Assembly (NCBI GenBank): GCA_963766075.1
Contig: CAVYAN010000017.1
Span: 1-64,000 of the forward strand
Source: an uncultured cyanobacterium
GTDB lineage: Bacteria > Cyanobacteriota > Cyanobacteriia > Leptolyngbyales > Leptolyngbyaceae
Length of the DNA stretch: 64,000 nt
Direction of reading: 5' to 3'
Both the position numbers and the translations under genes were made by a program. Shown here in pieces: positions 9,727-20,183 of this stretch (position 1 is its first letter; every line of letters starts with the position of its first letter). A model generated the notes under the pieces. That model was not told where the DNA came from and ran no database searches. It worked only from the letters and a program-made list of their open reading frames with translations.

Positions 9727-9852
9727 TTCGACTCCGCTCAATCCACAGGCCGACGGATGGCTTCGACTCTGCTCAATCCACAGGCCGATGGATGGCTTCG
9801 ACTCCGCTCAATCCGCAGGCCGACAGATGAGGGCTGAGCGCAGTCGAAGCCC
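9727..9852. repeat. 35-bp tandem repeat x3 containing TTCGACTCCGCTCA plus an inverted copy (REP/SDR-like)
   Basis: Units at 9727, 9762, 9797; inverted GGGCTGAGCGCAGTCGAAGCCC at 9831-9852. Confidence 0.85.
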
Positions 9853-10006
9853 GATTGCGGGGGCTTTATTCACCCGCAAGGTCTTTAGAATTAAACGTTG
9901 CCCTTCTTTGGCACTATTTCGTTTCAAGTGCTTGCTGGTGAGCGGTCCAGGTTGAAAAGGTCCAGGAATGGGGTAGAGTATCCTATGCTACTGTCCTGGG
10001 TTGTGT

Positions 10007-10537
10007 ATGACGGCAACGGGTGTGCAAGTTTTGCGGCATTTGCAGCCTTTGATTGGGCTAAGGCTGACAATGGCGCGACGATCAGCGGATATGCGGAATT
10101 TTCATTTTGGCTCACTGCGATCGCAGGCAGGCAGTACGGTGGGCGAATGGGCACTGCATCTCTATTGTCCATGGCGGGTGGCAGGTCCAGCGGGGTTGGT
10201 GACGGGTCGGTTAGATGTATGGGAGCCAGTCCAGGAAACCCTAGATTTCGACTGGAATCAGTGGGATTACAATCGCGATGGCAATTTGCAAGATCACCGT
10301 CTGAGTCAATGGCTCGGCGACTACGATGATCGAGCCAATGCACTAGTGAACGACACGCCTAAGCTAATTGTAGAAGCATTACAAGCGGATGACTGCGGGG
10401 GAGCGACAATCTCTCTATCGGAGGGCTATGAGCTAATGATTTTCCCGGCGGGCTTAGTCGGAGAAGATTGGCGAATTTTTCGCCTTGGCACGGATGAACC
10501 GCATTTTGTAATTAGTGGGGGACGGGTGCTGCCCTAG
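10007..10537 (+). CDS. Hypothetical protein
   Basis: ~176-aa ORF with protein-like composition (ALHLYCPWRV, EDWRIF). Confidence 0.7.
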   Translation: MTATGVQVLRHLQPLIGLRLTMARRSADMRNFHFGSLRSQAGSTVGEWALHLYCPWRVAGPAGLVTGRLDVWEPVQETLDFDWNQWDYNRDGNLQDHRLSQWLGDYDDRANALVNDTPKLIVEALQADDCGGATISLSEGYELMIFPAGLVGEDWRIFRLGTDEPHFVISGGRVLP

Positions 10538-10628
10538 AGTAGCAAGGTTGAATTCGCTATCGATGAGGTCACCCGGTGAGATCGTTTAATGGAGCGGGGC
10601 AGATGGGCACCGCCAAACAGCCTGGAGA

Positions 10629-11576
10629 CTAACCCCGCATCCGCTTTTCCTGCGCCTGCGTCTGCACAGGGACAACGCTGTGAAAATGGGTGTGGTCGAA
10701 GTAGCGATCGCCCGTGGGCGACGGATACATAATATCCATAAATCGATGATTGAAGAGAATTTGTGCCGATCCATAGACATGGCGCAAATTCATCGTGTAG
10801 GAGACCGTTTCATCAATGCCACTCAGGGAAACAACCATTTGCGTATGGGACTTGGCTAACGATTCGGCGGTTGCTTGATAGAGAGGACTGGTTTCATCAA
10901 TCACATGGAAAACGGACCAGCTGAGGGTGAGGCTGGGGGTGCGATTGCGCACTAGGGGCAAATCATGGATGCGATAGACATACTCCCCTTCTTGGGTCCA
11001 CTCATCTTGCAGGAGGTACAGGTGCATTTCTGCCTCTAGAATTTGATTGCGGCGATGGTTGGCCACTCGCAGTGTCAAGGTTGGCTGACCGTTGTGCTGG
11101 GTAATAACAGCGACTTGACTAAAGACGACGCGGGCAGTGGGTTTGGAAAATCGAGCAAAGGCCAGTCCCGTCACCAGGGCGATCGCCCATAGGCTTGTAA
11201 TGGCCTCCAGCGTGACAATGCCATTGGCATAGGTAGTCTTAGGCGAGATCACGCCATAGCCAATCGAGGCCAATGTCTGAACGCTAAAGAAAAAAGCATC
11301 CTCAAAGGAGCCCAACCGAGCCCCGTTCAAACAGTCGCCCCCTGCTAGGTAGAGCAGGGCAAACAGGGCATTTAGCCCGACATAAGCGCCCGAAATCAGG
11401 GTAAAAAAACCAATCCAGGGAATGGTCAGCATCAAATGATACGGATCACGCCAATAGGAATGCCACAGCCCCAGCCCTTCGATATGAAATCTGCCATCCT
11501 CTTGTCGGGAAATGCGAATGGATGAACGGGCCGGGAACCAAGGCCGACCGAACAACTGTCTGAGCCTGTGTTTCAT
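10629..11576 (-). CDS. Inward-rectifier potassium channel (KirBac-like)
   Basis: AFFFSVQTLASIGYG pore, FARFSKPTARVVFS, HVIDETSPL. Confidence 0.93.
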   Translation of the reverse strand: MKHRLRQLFGRPWFPARSSIRISRQEDGRFHIEGLGLWHSYWRDPYHLMLTIPWIGFFTLISGAYVGLNALFALLYLAGGDCLNGARLGSFEDAFFFSVQTLASIGYGVISPKTTYANGIVTLEAITSLWAIALVTGLAFARFSKPTARVVFSQVAVITQHNGQPTLTLRVANHRRNQILEAEMHLYLLQDEWTQEGEYVYRIHDLPLVRNRTPSLTLSWSVFHVIDETSPLYQATAESLAKSHTQMVVSLSGIDETVSYTMNLRHVYGSAQILFNHRFMDIMYPSPTGDRYFDHTHFHSVVPVQTQAQEKRMRG

Positions 11577-11734
11577 AGCACTCACCAAGGCGGGAAGGAC
11601 CTATTTATGGTACTGTGTGCTGCCCCTTCCAGTCAGTGCCCACTTGGAATTGGGGGCAATGGTGGACTCGGTGGATTTAACGCATTCCAATAGGGATGTG
11701 TAGATTTAGTCATCTGCTGATTTAAATTAGCCGT

Positions 11735-11829
11735 TTAGTTAAACCACGCATTAGTTAAACCACGCATTAGTTAAACCACGCATTAGTTAAACCACGCATT
11801 AGTTAAACCACGCATTAGTTAAACCACGC
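11735..11829. repeat. 16-bp tandem repeat x6, last copy is the 3' end of the adjacent gene
   Basis: TTAGTTAAACCACGCA at 11735, 11751, 11767, 11783, 11799, 11815. Confidence 0.95.
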
Positions 11830-13071
11830 GGCAAAGCCAAAGAACTGCCCATCAAAGGTTTCCAACAGGCGTTGCCAAAATTGAGGTTGAGTCACTTTAC
11901 CGAACTCTAGATAGGGGGCGGCGGCAGTGCCCTGGAGCCAGAGGATGACATCGGTTCGCCGAGGTTGGGTGAACACCTTGTTGAGGTTAACGCCGCGCGC
12001 TTCGGACGATCGCCAAAACGGAATCAGCGTCTTACCCGCCAGCAGGGCATCGGCTTCATCCAGAAACGCCATCCAACCATCAATCATGGCATCGGTCACT
12101 CGGGCATTGGGAATAACGGCGGTTTGGCTCGGGTTGGGCAGCCACTCGCGATCATTATCTTTTTCGGTCCGAATTAATTGCCATGATTGCCGACTCAACG
12201 CCGTGACGGATTGCCAATGCTGGAGCGCTTTGGCCATGCGATCTGGCTCTTGGACTGGGAAATTCAGCAAGTGGAAAAAGGCCACGATATCCAAAAAGTC
12301 TGTCGGATCCCCGTAGGAATTTGATGAGCGCCCGTCCACTAAAAATTTATAGGGTGTTTCTGGCTTCTCAAACATCGTATGGGCCAGTGTATTAAAAAAT
12401 TGTTGGCCATCATGGGCAAGGGCAAACTCCAAGACCCCGGAAAGCAAATGAGTATAGCCTCGCAGCCAAAGCACATCCCCAGCATCAAATGCAATTGAAA
12501 ATGCCTGAGCTTGTCGTTCCGTGATGCCGGTCCGATTGACTGCCTCAAACACCCGCCAAAAGGATTCCTCAGCCTCAAGTTTACCGTCTGCATTCAGATC
12601 GATTTTGATCAGGCCAAATCGTAGGGGGAGCTTCACGTTGGCATCTTGGATGGGGGCCAGGGTCGCTTCAACCTTGGCCAGATCATTGAGCAAGGTTTGC
12701 AGGACACTGCGCGTATCTTCATAGCGGAGAGTCTCTGGACTGGCGTTGGGGGGAATCGGCAGGCGCAAGAAAGGTAGAAACCGCGTGACTGAGGTTTGGC
12801 GCAGTCCGTAGCGATGCAGAGATTGGGCTAGGTGTTCTACGCCGCCCAGCAATTGGGTTACTCCTAGGCTGAATCGGGCCTGATCGTCGCCGGGATTGTT
12901 TTGCAACTGGGCCAACATTGCGGCTTCCCCAGCGGCGAATTGGCCATTTATGAGATAGGAGTCAAGGGCTGGTGTGGGAGCCGCTTGGGTCCGGGGTATC
13001 CACAGGATCAGCGTCAGGACGATCGCCACTAGAACACTTCGTAACACTCGTTTTGGCCTATTCAGCAGCAT
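11815..13071 (-). CDS. Exported hypothetical protein
   Basis: 418 aa, signal-peptide-like N-terminus ending TQA-A, DNDREWLPNP motif, ends FAAWFN. Confidence 0.8.
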   Translation of the reverse strand: MLLNRPKRVLRSVLVAIVLTLILWIPRTQAAPTPALDSYLINGQFAAGEAAMLAQLQNNPGDDQARFSLGVTQLLGGVEHLAQSLHRYGLRQTSVTRFLPFLRLPIPPNASPETLRYEDTRSVLQTLLNDLAKVEATLAPIQDANVKLPLRFGLIKIDLNADGKLEAEESFWRVFEAVNRTGITERQAQAFSIAFDAGDVLWLRGYTHLLSGVLEFALAHDGQQFFNTLAHTMFEKPETPYKFLVDGRSSNSYGDPTDFLDIVAFFHLLNFPVQEPDRMAKALQHWQSVTALSRQSWQLIRTEKDNDREWLPNPSQTAVIPNARVTDAMIDGWMAFLDEADALLAGKTLIPFWRSSEARGVNLNKVFTQPRRTDVILWLQGTAAAPYLEFGKVTQPQFWQRLLETFDGQFFGFAAWFN

Positions 13072-13209
13072 ACCCGGAACTCTGGTGGCGGAATATCGTC
13101 AATGTTATCTCTGCTCTAGATTTTTCGGGGGACTTCTCACCTAACTTTATAAACCTAACTTTATAAACCAGCCCTCTATTTCCTAAACCTCTGCCCCCGA
13201 GTAGCCACT

Positions 13210-13779
13210 ATGAAAATCCATGCCTTGGGCGATCGCGCCGAGTCTCAACCGCTCCAGAACCGCCGCCACTTTTTGCGCTATTTCGCTAGCGGCACAGCCG
13301 GGGCGATCGCCCTGGGCTGGCTGTTTCCCCAGATCAGTCACAGCCGCGAACTGGATTTAGAAACGCTGTGTGCCTCCTTTCCGCAGAATTCCCGCTGCCG
13401 AGACTACTTGCCCGGTGCCCGCGCCTTGGATCAGACTGGTAAACCCATTGCCGTGGATCAGTTTTTGCCCCAGACCAAACCCGGTATTCCCGTGGCAGTG
13501 CAAGGATTACCCAAAACTGATCCCACTTATTTGGTGATTACCACGGGTCCCAAAATCGCTCCCTATGCCATTAGACCAATTTGTACCCATTTGGGCTGTA
13601 CGGTGCAGTGGAAAGCCGCACAGAATCGCTTTGTTTGTCCCTGCCATGGGTCCCAATACGATGCCGCAGGACGGGTGGTGCACGGACCAGCACGTCGCGC
13701 CCTGCCCTTGGCTACGGTGGTCGTGAAGCAAAATCAAATTCGATTGGTCGATCGCACTCCCGCCACTGATCCCCGCTAG
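13210..13779 (+). CDS. petC: Rieske 2Fe-2S protein, PetC paralog with Tat signal
   Basis: RRHFL Tat motif, CTHLGC and CPCHGSQYD, GPA. Confidence 0.85.
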   Translation: MKIHALGDRAESQPLQNRRHFLRYFASGTAGAIALGWLFPQISHSRELDLETLCASFPQNSRCRDYLPGARALDQTGKPIAVDQFLPQTKPGIPVAVQGLPKTDPTYLVITTGPKIAPYAIRPICTHLGCTVQWKAAQNRFVCPCHGSQYDAAGRVVHGPARRALPLATVVVKQNQIRLVDRTPATDPR

Positions 13780-13789
13780 GCTCCTATCC

Positions 13790-14614
13790 CTAGGGCACAG
13801 GTTGGCACTGGGGACAGAAATACACCCGCCGTCCTCCAACCGTGTCCTTCAGAATCTCTGTGCCACAGCGATAGCAAGGCTGACCGTTGCGCCCAAACAC
13901 CCAGTGGCGATAGGTGCGACGGGATTGGCCAGCAGCCTTCATTTGAGCGGCGAGGTGCAGGTCGTTGGTAATGCCTTGGGTGGCGTAGGATTGGCGGGGC
14001 AGGGCGATCGCAGCGGCGGCCAATTGTTCAATCTGCGCCTCCGTACAGTCAACAGGACGCAACGCCGGGTACACTCCGGCCACAAACAGAATCTCACTGC
14101 GAAGGTAATTGCCTAAGCCACCCAGAAACCGTTGATCGAGCAACAGTGTGGGAAAGCCGCGTCGATAAAATTGCTTGTGAAGCAGGCGATCGCGCACCAT
14201 CTCCACCGTTGTATCGGCATCCAACACATCTGGTCCCAGCGTCTTCAAAAACGGGTGGGCTGCGACTTCGGCATCGTTCAGGACGGCAATATCCGAAGCA
14301 CTGTAAAGCAAGGCGGATTTCTGAGCGGTGTGAATGGCAAGACGCAGTTGACGCTTTGTGGTTGGAAAACTGTGGGCTGCCCGAATATACCAAACGCCAT
14401 AAAGCTGATTGTGGCTGTAGATACTGAGGTGATTGCTAAAGCGCGTCAGCAGGGCTTTGCCTCTGGGCGTAACGGAGATGACCTGCTCCTGGGCCAGGGT
14501 CGCTTCAAAGGATTTGAGCGAATCAAATGCGAAATAGAGGGATTGAATGGGCTGGTGGGCGATCGCCTTGGCAATCTTGTCGGCAGCTCGCTTAATTTCT
14601 GGACCTTCAGGCAT
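13790..14614 (-). CDS. nei: Endonuclease VIII (Fpg/Nei glycosylase)
   Basis: MPEGPE start, YSHNQLYG, GLGNYLRSEILF, C-terminal zinc finger. Confidence 0.93.
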   Translation of the reverse strand: MPEGPEIKRAADKIAKAIAHQPIQSLYFAFDSLKSFEATLAQEQVISVTPRGKALLTRFSNHLSIYSHNQLYGVWYIRAAHSFPTTKRQLRLAIHTAQKSALLYSASDIAVLNDAEVAAHPFLKTLGPDVLDADTTVEMVRDRLLHKQFYRRGFPTLLLDQRFLGGLGNYLRSEILFVAGVYPALRPVDCTEAQIEQLAAAAIALPRQSYATQGITNDLHLAAQMKAAGQSRRTYRHWVFGRNGQPCYRCGTEILKDTVGGRRVYFCPQCQPVP

Positions 14615-14637
14615 TGATGTCTCCGGTGCCCCGCAGA

Positions 14638-16548
14638 TTAAGGGCGATCGAAATCCGACATGGGCCGAAACTCTTCCACCGGAACATTTTTCAATGCCTC
14701 AATCATAAAATCACGCCAAATTGGAGCGACCAGCGTTCCACCCGTTGCCCCATAACCAATCCGCGAGTAATCATCATTACCCACCCATACCGCCGCCGCC
14801 AACTGGGGCACATAGCCCGCAAACCAGATATCCCGCTCCGAGTCCGTGGTGCCTGTTTTCCCCGCCACCGGACGACCAATCTGCGCCGCCTTGGCCGTGC
14901 CTTCCGACACCACGGTTTCGAGCGTACTATTCAAGGCCGCCACGGCCCAGGGATCCAGCACCAGTTGCGGCTTGGGCGTGTTGTCTAAAATCAGGTTGCC
15001 GGAACTATCCGTCACTTGGGCAATCAGCGTTGTATCGGAATACCATCCCCCACTGGCAAAGGTGGCATAGGCCCCCGCCATTTCCAGGGGGGTCAGGTCT
15101 ACAGACCCCAGGGGCAGAGAAATCACGGGTTCGATCGGGCTGCGCACCCCAATCGATCGACAAATATCAATCACCTTGTTCAACCCCACTTCCTGCCCGA
15201 GGCGAATGGCCGGAATATTCCGTGACATGGCCAGCGCTGTCCGAATGCTAATGCTGCCCATAAATGAACCGTCATAGTTCTTCGGTGAGTAGTACTCGTA
15301 GCCATCGGGATAACTAACCGGCGAATCGGAAATACTAGAGTCGGGGGCATAGCGCCCCGAGGCAAAGGCCGCATAGTAAACAAAGGGCTTAAAGGCAGAA
15401 CCGGGCTGCCGTAATGCCTGAATGGCCCGATTGTATTGGCTCTTTTTGTAATCGACACCACCCACCATGGCCTTGACATAATGGGTCCGCGGATCGACGG
15501 CAACCAACGCCATTTGGTCAGCATTCACCCCGGAATCCCACAAATTACCATGGGCGCGCTGCACCGTGTCCTCCGCAATTTTTTGTAGGCGGGTATCCAC
15601 CGTGGTTTGGATGCGCAGCCCGCCTTTGAGCACAGCATCCCGTCCAAACCGCTTTTGGAGTTCTTGGACAGCAGCCTCGGTAACGTAGGGCATCCGACTG
15701 CCCCGAAACGAGGTCACCTTGCCCAACTTCAGCGGTTCTTTCAGGGCCGCCGCCTTTTCCTGGGGCGTAATCCAGTTCAGCTTTTCTAGGCGGTCAAGGA
15801 CATCGCGCTGACGATTTTTAGCGGCCTTCAAGTTAATAAACGGACTCAGACTCTCGGGCGCTTGGACAAGGCCCGCCATCAGGGCCGCTTCGGCCAACGT
15901 CAGATTGGCCGAAGATTTGCCAAAGTAGCTCTGGGCAGCAGTCTCAGCCCCGTAGGTATTATGCCCCCAGTAGACCTGATTCAAATACAGTTCCAGGATT
16001 TGGTCTTTGCTAAAAACCTGCTCAATCCGCAAGGCCAAGACGGACTCGGCGACTTTACGACTAAAGGCGCGCTTGGGCGATAAAAACAGGTTTTTGACCA
16101 ATTGCATAGTGAGGGTGGAGCCGCCCTCTACAGTGCCACCTTGGCGCGAGTTGGCTAGGAAAGCCCGCGCGACCCCGCCGGGACTCACCCCGTGGTGGGA
16201 ATAAAAGTAACTGTCTTCAATAGCCAAAACCGCTCGCTTCAAATTCGGTGAGATCTTGTCTAGGGGCATGACTTCGCGATTGGCTTCGCCATGAAGGCTG
16301 GACAAGAGCTTGCCTTTCATGTCGTAGACGTAGGTGGTCTCGCTGGGGACATAGGTGCGGAGGATGCGCACATCCGGCAGGTTGCGGAAGCTAATGGCAA
16401 GACCAACCAGACCGCCCGCGACAATAGAGCTGCCCAACATCGTTACGCCTAGCAAGGTACCAGCGGTGACCTTGCCCACAATTTTAAGGTAATCCAGCAC
16501 GGGAGATGGGTGGGCAGACTTCGGCGGTTGCAGGGTATTGGAGGCCAC
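14638..16548 (-). CDS. Class A penicillin-binding protein (PBP1A family)
   Basis: EDSYFYSHHG, GGSTLTMQL, RQPGSAFK, SRN, KTG; probable GTG start at 16548. Confidence 0.93.
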   Translation of the reverse strand: MASNTLQPPKSAHPSPVLDYLKIVGKVTAGTLLGVTMLGSSIVAGGLVGLAISFRNLPDVRILRTYVPSETTYVYDMKGKLLSSLHGEANREVMPLDKISPNLKRAVLAIEDSYFYSHHGVSPGGVARAFLANSRQGGTVEGGSTLTMQLVKNLFLSPKRAFSRKVAESVLALRIEQVFSKDQILELYLNQVYWGHNTYGAETAAQSYFGKSSANLTLAEAALMAGLVQAPESLSPFINLKAAKNRQRDVLDRLEKLNWITPQEKAAALKEPLKLGKVTSFRGSRMPYVTEAAVQELQKRFGRDAVLKGGLRIQTTVDTRLQKIAEDTVQRAHGNLWDSGVNADQMALVAVDPRTHYVKAMVGGVDYKKSQYNRAIQALRQPGSAFKPFVYYAAFASGRYAPDSSISDSPVSYPDGYEYYSPKNYDGSFMGSISIRTALAMSRNIPAIRLGQEVGLNKVIDICRSIGVRSPIEPVISLPLGSVDLTPLEMAGAYATFASGGWYSDTTLIAQVTDSSGNLILDNTPKPQLVLDPWAVAALNSTLETVVSEGTAKAAQIGRPVAGKTGTTDSERDIWFAGYVPQLAAAVWVGNDDYSRIGYGATGGTLVAPIWRDFMIEALKNVPVEEFRPMSDFDRP

Positions 16549-17013
16549 GACGGTTTTGATCCCTTGAAGAAATAAAACTGATGACAAGGCGTAGGACTTG
16601 ACTCGCTGGAGAATGAGGAGGCTCAGGATATTTTCAGCGCAGCGCTGTGATCCAGCACTGTAGTTTACTGCCCTCCACAAGAGGATCCTTCCATTGCTAT
16701 CAAGTTCAGCCGTAAGGTTAACATCGTTAGGGAAAGTTGCACGATAAATACAGAATACAGCCAGGAAATGCGGTAGATGCACCGCGATGGGATTTACCCG
16801 GGGATTGCGGTGAAATGAGATAATGCCTCAATGGCCACGTGGCTCTGAGGACATCTAGCCCTAAGGACACTAGCCATGAGAACATATGGCCCTGAAAGAG
16901 GCAGCATTTTCTGGGGCGATCGCTCCCCCTGATTCGCTGTCCATACGCAAGGGCTGCTTTAATGAAGGGCTAGCAGAAGGGCTAGAATCCTACCAGCCAA
17001 TGCGTGATTTACT

Positions 17014-18270
17014 GTGAGTGTAACGAATTCAACCGTACCTGTGGCAAACCCTATGACCGATGACTGGCTCCAGCGGGGCACCAGCGAAATCTTCCCCGAC
17101 CAACCAGAATCCACCAGTCCCGATGAGAATCTGGTGCGCCGTTTAGAGGATTCCATAGGCGGAGCGGGTAGTCGTCCCCTCCGGGTCAAGTTGGGCATTG
17201 ATCCCACGGGGGCTGATATTCACCTGGGACATAGCATTCCGGTCCGCAAGCTGAGGGCGTTTCAGGATGCGGGGCATACAGCGGTGCTTGTGATTGGCGA
17301 CTTTACTGCCCGGATTGGTGACCCGACAGGCAAAGCTGATGTCCGGCAGCAGTTGACGGAGGCACAGGTTGCCAGTCATGCCAAAACCTACCTGGATCAG
17401 GTGCGGCCTATCCTCGACTTTGATACGCCGGGACGGCTAGAAATTCGCTACAACTCGGAATGGCTCTCCAAGCTAGACCTCAACAAAATCCTAGCGTTGC
17501 TGGGGACCATGACCGTGGGGCAAATGCTGGCGAAGGAAGGCTTTGCCGAACGCTACGCCAAGGGGACACCTGTTTTTCTGCACGAGTTTCTTTATCCCCT
17601 GATGCAGGGCTACGATTCCGTGGCGCTTGAAGCCGATGTGGAACTGGGGGGCACGGATCAAAAGTTCAACATTGCGGTGGGGCGTGATTTGCAGCGCCAC
17701 TTTGGGTTGCGTCCTCAGTTTGGCGTGTTGCTGCCCATTTTACTGGGCACGGATGGGACGCAAAAAATGTCGAAGTCCCTGGGCAATTATGTCGCGCTGA
17801 CGGAAGATCCGCTGACGATGTACTCCAAACTGGAGAAGACGCCGGATCATCTGCTGAAGCAGTATGTGGAATTGCTGACGAATCTCCCCCTAGACCAACT
17901 GCCGCCCAATCCCCGCGACTGCCAGAAGCTTTTGGCCTGCACGGTGGTGGAGCAGTACCATGGGGCGGCGGCGGCGCGACAAGCCCAGGCGGATGCGATC
18001 GCCCTGATTCAAGGCAACTCTGCCCAAGCGGATGCCGTACCCGAATTTTCCCTGGCCCTGGTACAGTTCCCGGCCAAGTTGTTCTTTTTGCTGAGTGCCA
18101 CTGGTCTGTGCAAAAGCAGTTCCGATGCCCGTCGGCAAATCCAGGGTGGGGCGGTCAAGCTGAATGGCGACAAAGTGACGGACACCGATTGGACGTGCGA
18201 TTCCCCCGCCGTTTTACAGGGACAAGTCCTACAATTGGGGAAAAATAAGTTTGTGCGCTTTGTCCCCTAG
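17014..18270 (+). CDS. tyrS: Tyrosine--tRNA ligase
   Basis: HLGH and KMSKS motifs, C-terminal S4 domain; alternative start 17053. Confidence 0.97.
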   Translation: MSVTNSTVPVANPMTDDWLQRGTSEIFPDQPESTSPDENLVRRLEDSIGGAGSRPLRVKLGIDPTGADIHLGHSIPVRKLRAFQDAGHTAVLVIGDFTARIGDPTGKADVRQQLTEAQVASHAKTYLDQVRPILDFDTPGRLEIRYNSEWLSKLDLNKILALLGTMTVGQMLAKEGFAERYAKGTPVFLHEFLYPLMQGYDSVALEADVELGGTDQKFNIAVGRDLQRHFGLRPQFGVLLPILLGTDGTQKMSKSLGNYVALTEDPLTMYSKLEKTPDHLLKQYVELLTNLPLDQLPPNPRDCQKLLACTVVEQYHGAAAARQAQADAIALIQGNSAQADAVPEFSLALVQFPAKLFFLLSATGLCKSSSDARRQIQGGAVKLNGDKVTDTDWTCDSPAVLQGQVLQLGKNKFVRFVP

Positions 18271-18274
18271 AGCC

Positions 18275-18613
18275 CTACTGTCCTAACCAAGCGGCGCTGT
18301 AGCCCAGGGTGGCAACGAGGCTACAGATCGTTAGCAGGCCCGCAGGCATAAACTTCCGAGTAGCGCGAAAGCGCAGGGCAAACACTAGCGTCAGCGCGAT
18401 CGCGATCGCGCCTGCCATCATCAGCCCCGTGGATGGCGTTTGTAAGCCTAGCCAAAAAGCCCCGCAAAGCAACACCCCACTGACTAGGCCGGAAATCAAT
18501 GACATCTGGCTCTTGGCCTTGAAGTAGCCCATCAAGCCACCCCCAGCGACGAGCAGAGCATAAACTAAAATCGACCAAATTGCGATTGTAGACAGGGGGA
18601 CCGACGTAGACAT
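18275..18613 (-). CDS. TMEM14 family small membrane protein
   Basis: GGLMGYFKAKSQMSLISG, RKFMPAGL. Confidence 0.88.
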   Translation of the reverse strand: MSTSVPLSTIAIWSILVYALLVAGGGLMGYFKAKSQMSLISGLVSGVLLCGAFWLGLQTPSTGLMMAGAIAIALTLVFALRFRATRKFMPAGLLTICSLVATLGYSAAWLGQ

Positions 18614-18682
18614 GGGGATTACCGAATCAAGATTGTAATATGGCTTGATTATCTCATTGCCCTGCGATCGCTTTACATTTCT

Positions 18683-19630
18683 ATGGCTTTCACCCAAACC
18701 ATCCCCGTACTTGATCTTCGGGATTTTTACCAGCCCGATTCTCGTCCCCGGTTCATTGCCGCCCTAGGCTCCGCCTTGACCGAAATTGGGTTTTTTGCCC
18801 TCACCCATCACGGGGTTGAGAATACCCTAATTCAGCACGCCTACCAGGCGGCCCATGCCTTTTTCACCCTGCCCGAAGCCGCTAAATTACGGTACGAACA
18901 GCCCCACTTGAATGGCCAGCGCGGCTTTACCCGCTTTGGCCAGGAGCATGCCAAGGATCACCCTGTGCCAGACCTGAAGGAGTTTTGGCATGTAGGACGA
19001 GAACTCCCGCCAGACCATTCCTGGACAACCCGCTATCCCGCCAATCCCATCCCCGTCGAGGTGCCCCAGTTTCACCCCGTGATGCAGCAGCTATATCAAC
19101 AATTAGAAACCTGTGCCTGTCCACTGTTACACGCCTGTGCCCTCTACCTAGGGGAATCCGAAACTTGGCTGCCAGCCATCGTGCAGGACAGCGACACGAT
19201 TTTACGAATTATTCATTACCCGCCCATTCCAGAAACTGCACCTAAGGCTAGCCTGCGGGCGGCGGCGCATGAAGACATTAACTTGATTACACTGCTCTGT
19301 GAGGCCACAGATGATGGATTGGAATTGTTGCAGCCAGATGGAACGTGGCGGGCGGTGCGGGCGGTGCCGGGGCAAATCATTGTTGACAGTGGTGATATGC
19401 TCCAGCAGTTGACCAATGGCGTGATCAAAAGCACAACCCATCGGGTGGTTAACCCGGCGGATCATCACCGTCGCCGCTTTTCCATGCCGTTTTTTGTCCA
19501 TCCTCGCCCCGAGGTTGATCTGACCCCGTTGGCAGGTTGCATTAGGCAGGTGGGCAGTCAACTCTTTCCCAGCATTACCGCTGGTGACTATCTGCGGCAA
19601 AGACTGACAGAAATTGGATTGCTAGGGTAG
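18683..19630 (+). CDS. 2OG-Fe(II) dioxygenase, isopenicillin-N-synthase-like family
   Basis: HEDINLITLL, STTHRV, RFSMPFF. Confidence 0.92.
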   Translation: MAFTQTIPVLDLRDFYQPDSRPRFIAALGSALTEIGFFALTHHGVENTLIQHAYQAAHAFFTLPEAAKLRYEQPHLNGQRGFTRFGQEHAKDHPVPDLKEFWHVGRELPPDHSWTTRYPANPIPVEVPQFHPVMQQLYQQLETCACPLLHACALYLGESETWLPAIVQDSDTILRIIHYPPIPETAPKASLRAAAHEDINLITLLCEATDDGLELLQPDGTWRAVRAVPGQIIVDSGDMLQQLTNGVIKSTTHRVVNPADHHRRRFSMPFFVHPRPEVDLTPLAGCIRQVGSQLFPSITAGDYLRQRLTEIGLLG

Positions 19631-19641
19631 AGCGAGTCGGG

Positions 19642-19737
19642 TCAACCCCCAGCAGCAAAGGTGGCCATGATCAGGATGGACAGCGCGAGTCCAGGGGTTA
19701 GGAGGACTACCATCATGAATAAATCGTGTAAGGTCAT
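19642..19737 (-). CDS. Small single-pass membrane protein, 31 aa
   Basis: MTLHDLFMMVVLLTPGLALSILIMATFAAGG*, GAGGTG RBS upstream; below the ORF-track cutoff. Confidence 0.65.
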   Translation of the reverse strand: MTLHDLFMMVVLLTPGLALSILIMATFAAGG

Positions 19738-20183
19738 GGCAATCGCCACCTCTTGCTAAATCTAATACTAAGTTCGGTCCATCGGGATTATCCGGATGGC
19801 CTACCCTCAATGGCCTGCATCCGCCCAAGGCTCCATAGCCTTACCGGTACTGTCAGGCTGACAAATTTTCAGGCTGCCGATATTCTAAGCCACAGTCTGA
19901 GCGTTCCTGTACTGGTACCCAAGTCTTTAGGAGTGATCCCCAGGGATTGATGCGATATGAGAGCGGCGATCGCCGCGACTGCCCTGGATTCCAAAGGTTT
20001 ACAAATAAAAGATTAAGGAATTGCCGCCATTGCTGAAGTTGGGGCGAATGGCATCTTGCAATGGCAAGATTGTGATAATTGACATCAGTAATTATGACGA
20101 GTATATAAAGCTACTTTTACTGAGCTATCCTAGAAATCAGTAGTAATATGGAGAGGCCGCGCGCCTGTCAGGAGCATATACCA

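Noticed and set aside
9727..9830. 35-bp periodic repeats as a CRISPR array
   Set aside because: Units are contiguous and near-identical with no unique spacers; no cas genes in the window
16769..16812. GGTAGATGCACC resembling the NsiR1 5' motif, with a hairpin
   Set aside because: Single 12-nt match from memory; no tandem array or hetF context; better explained as a hairpin in the PBP1A/tyrS intergenic region
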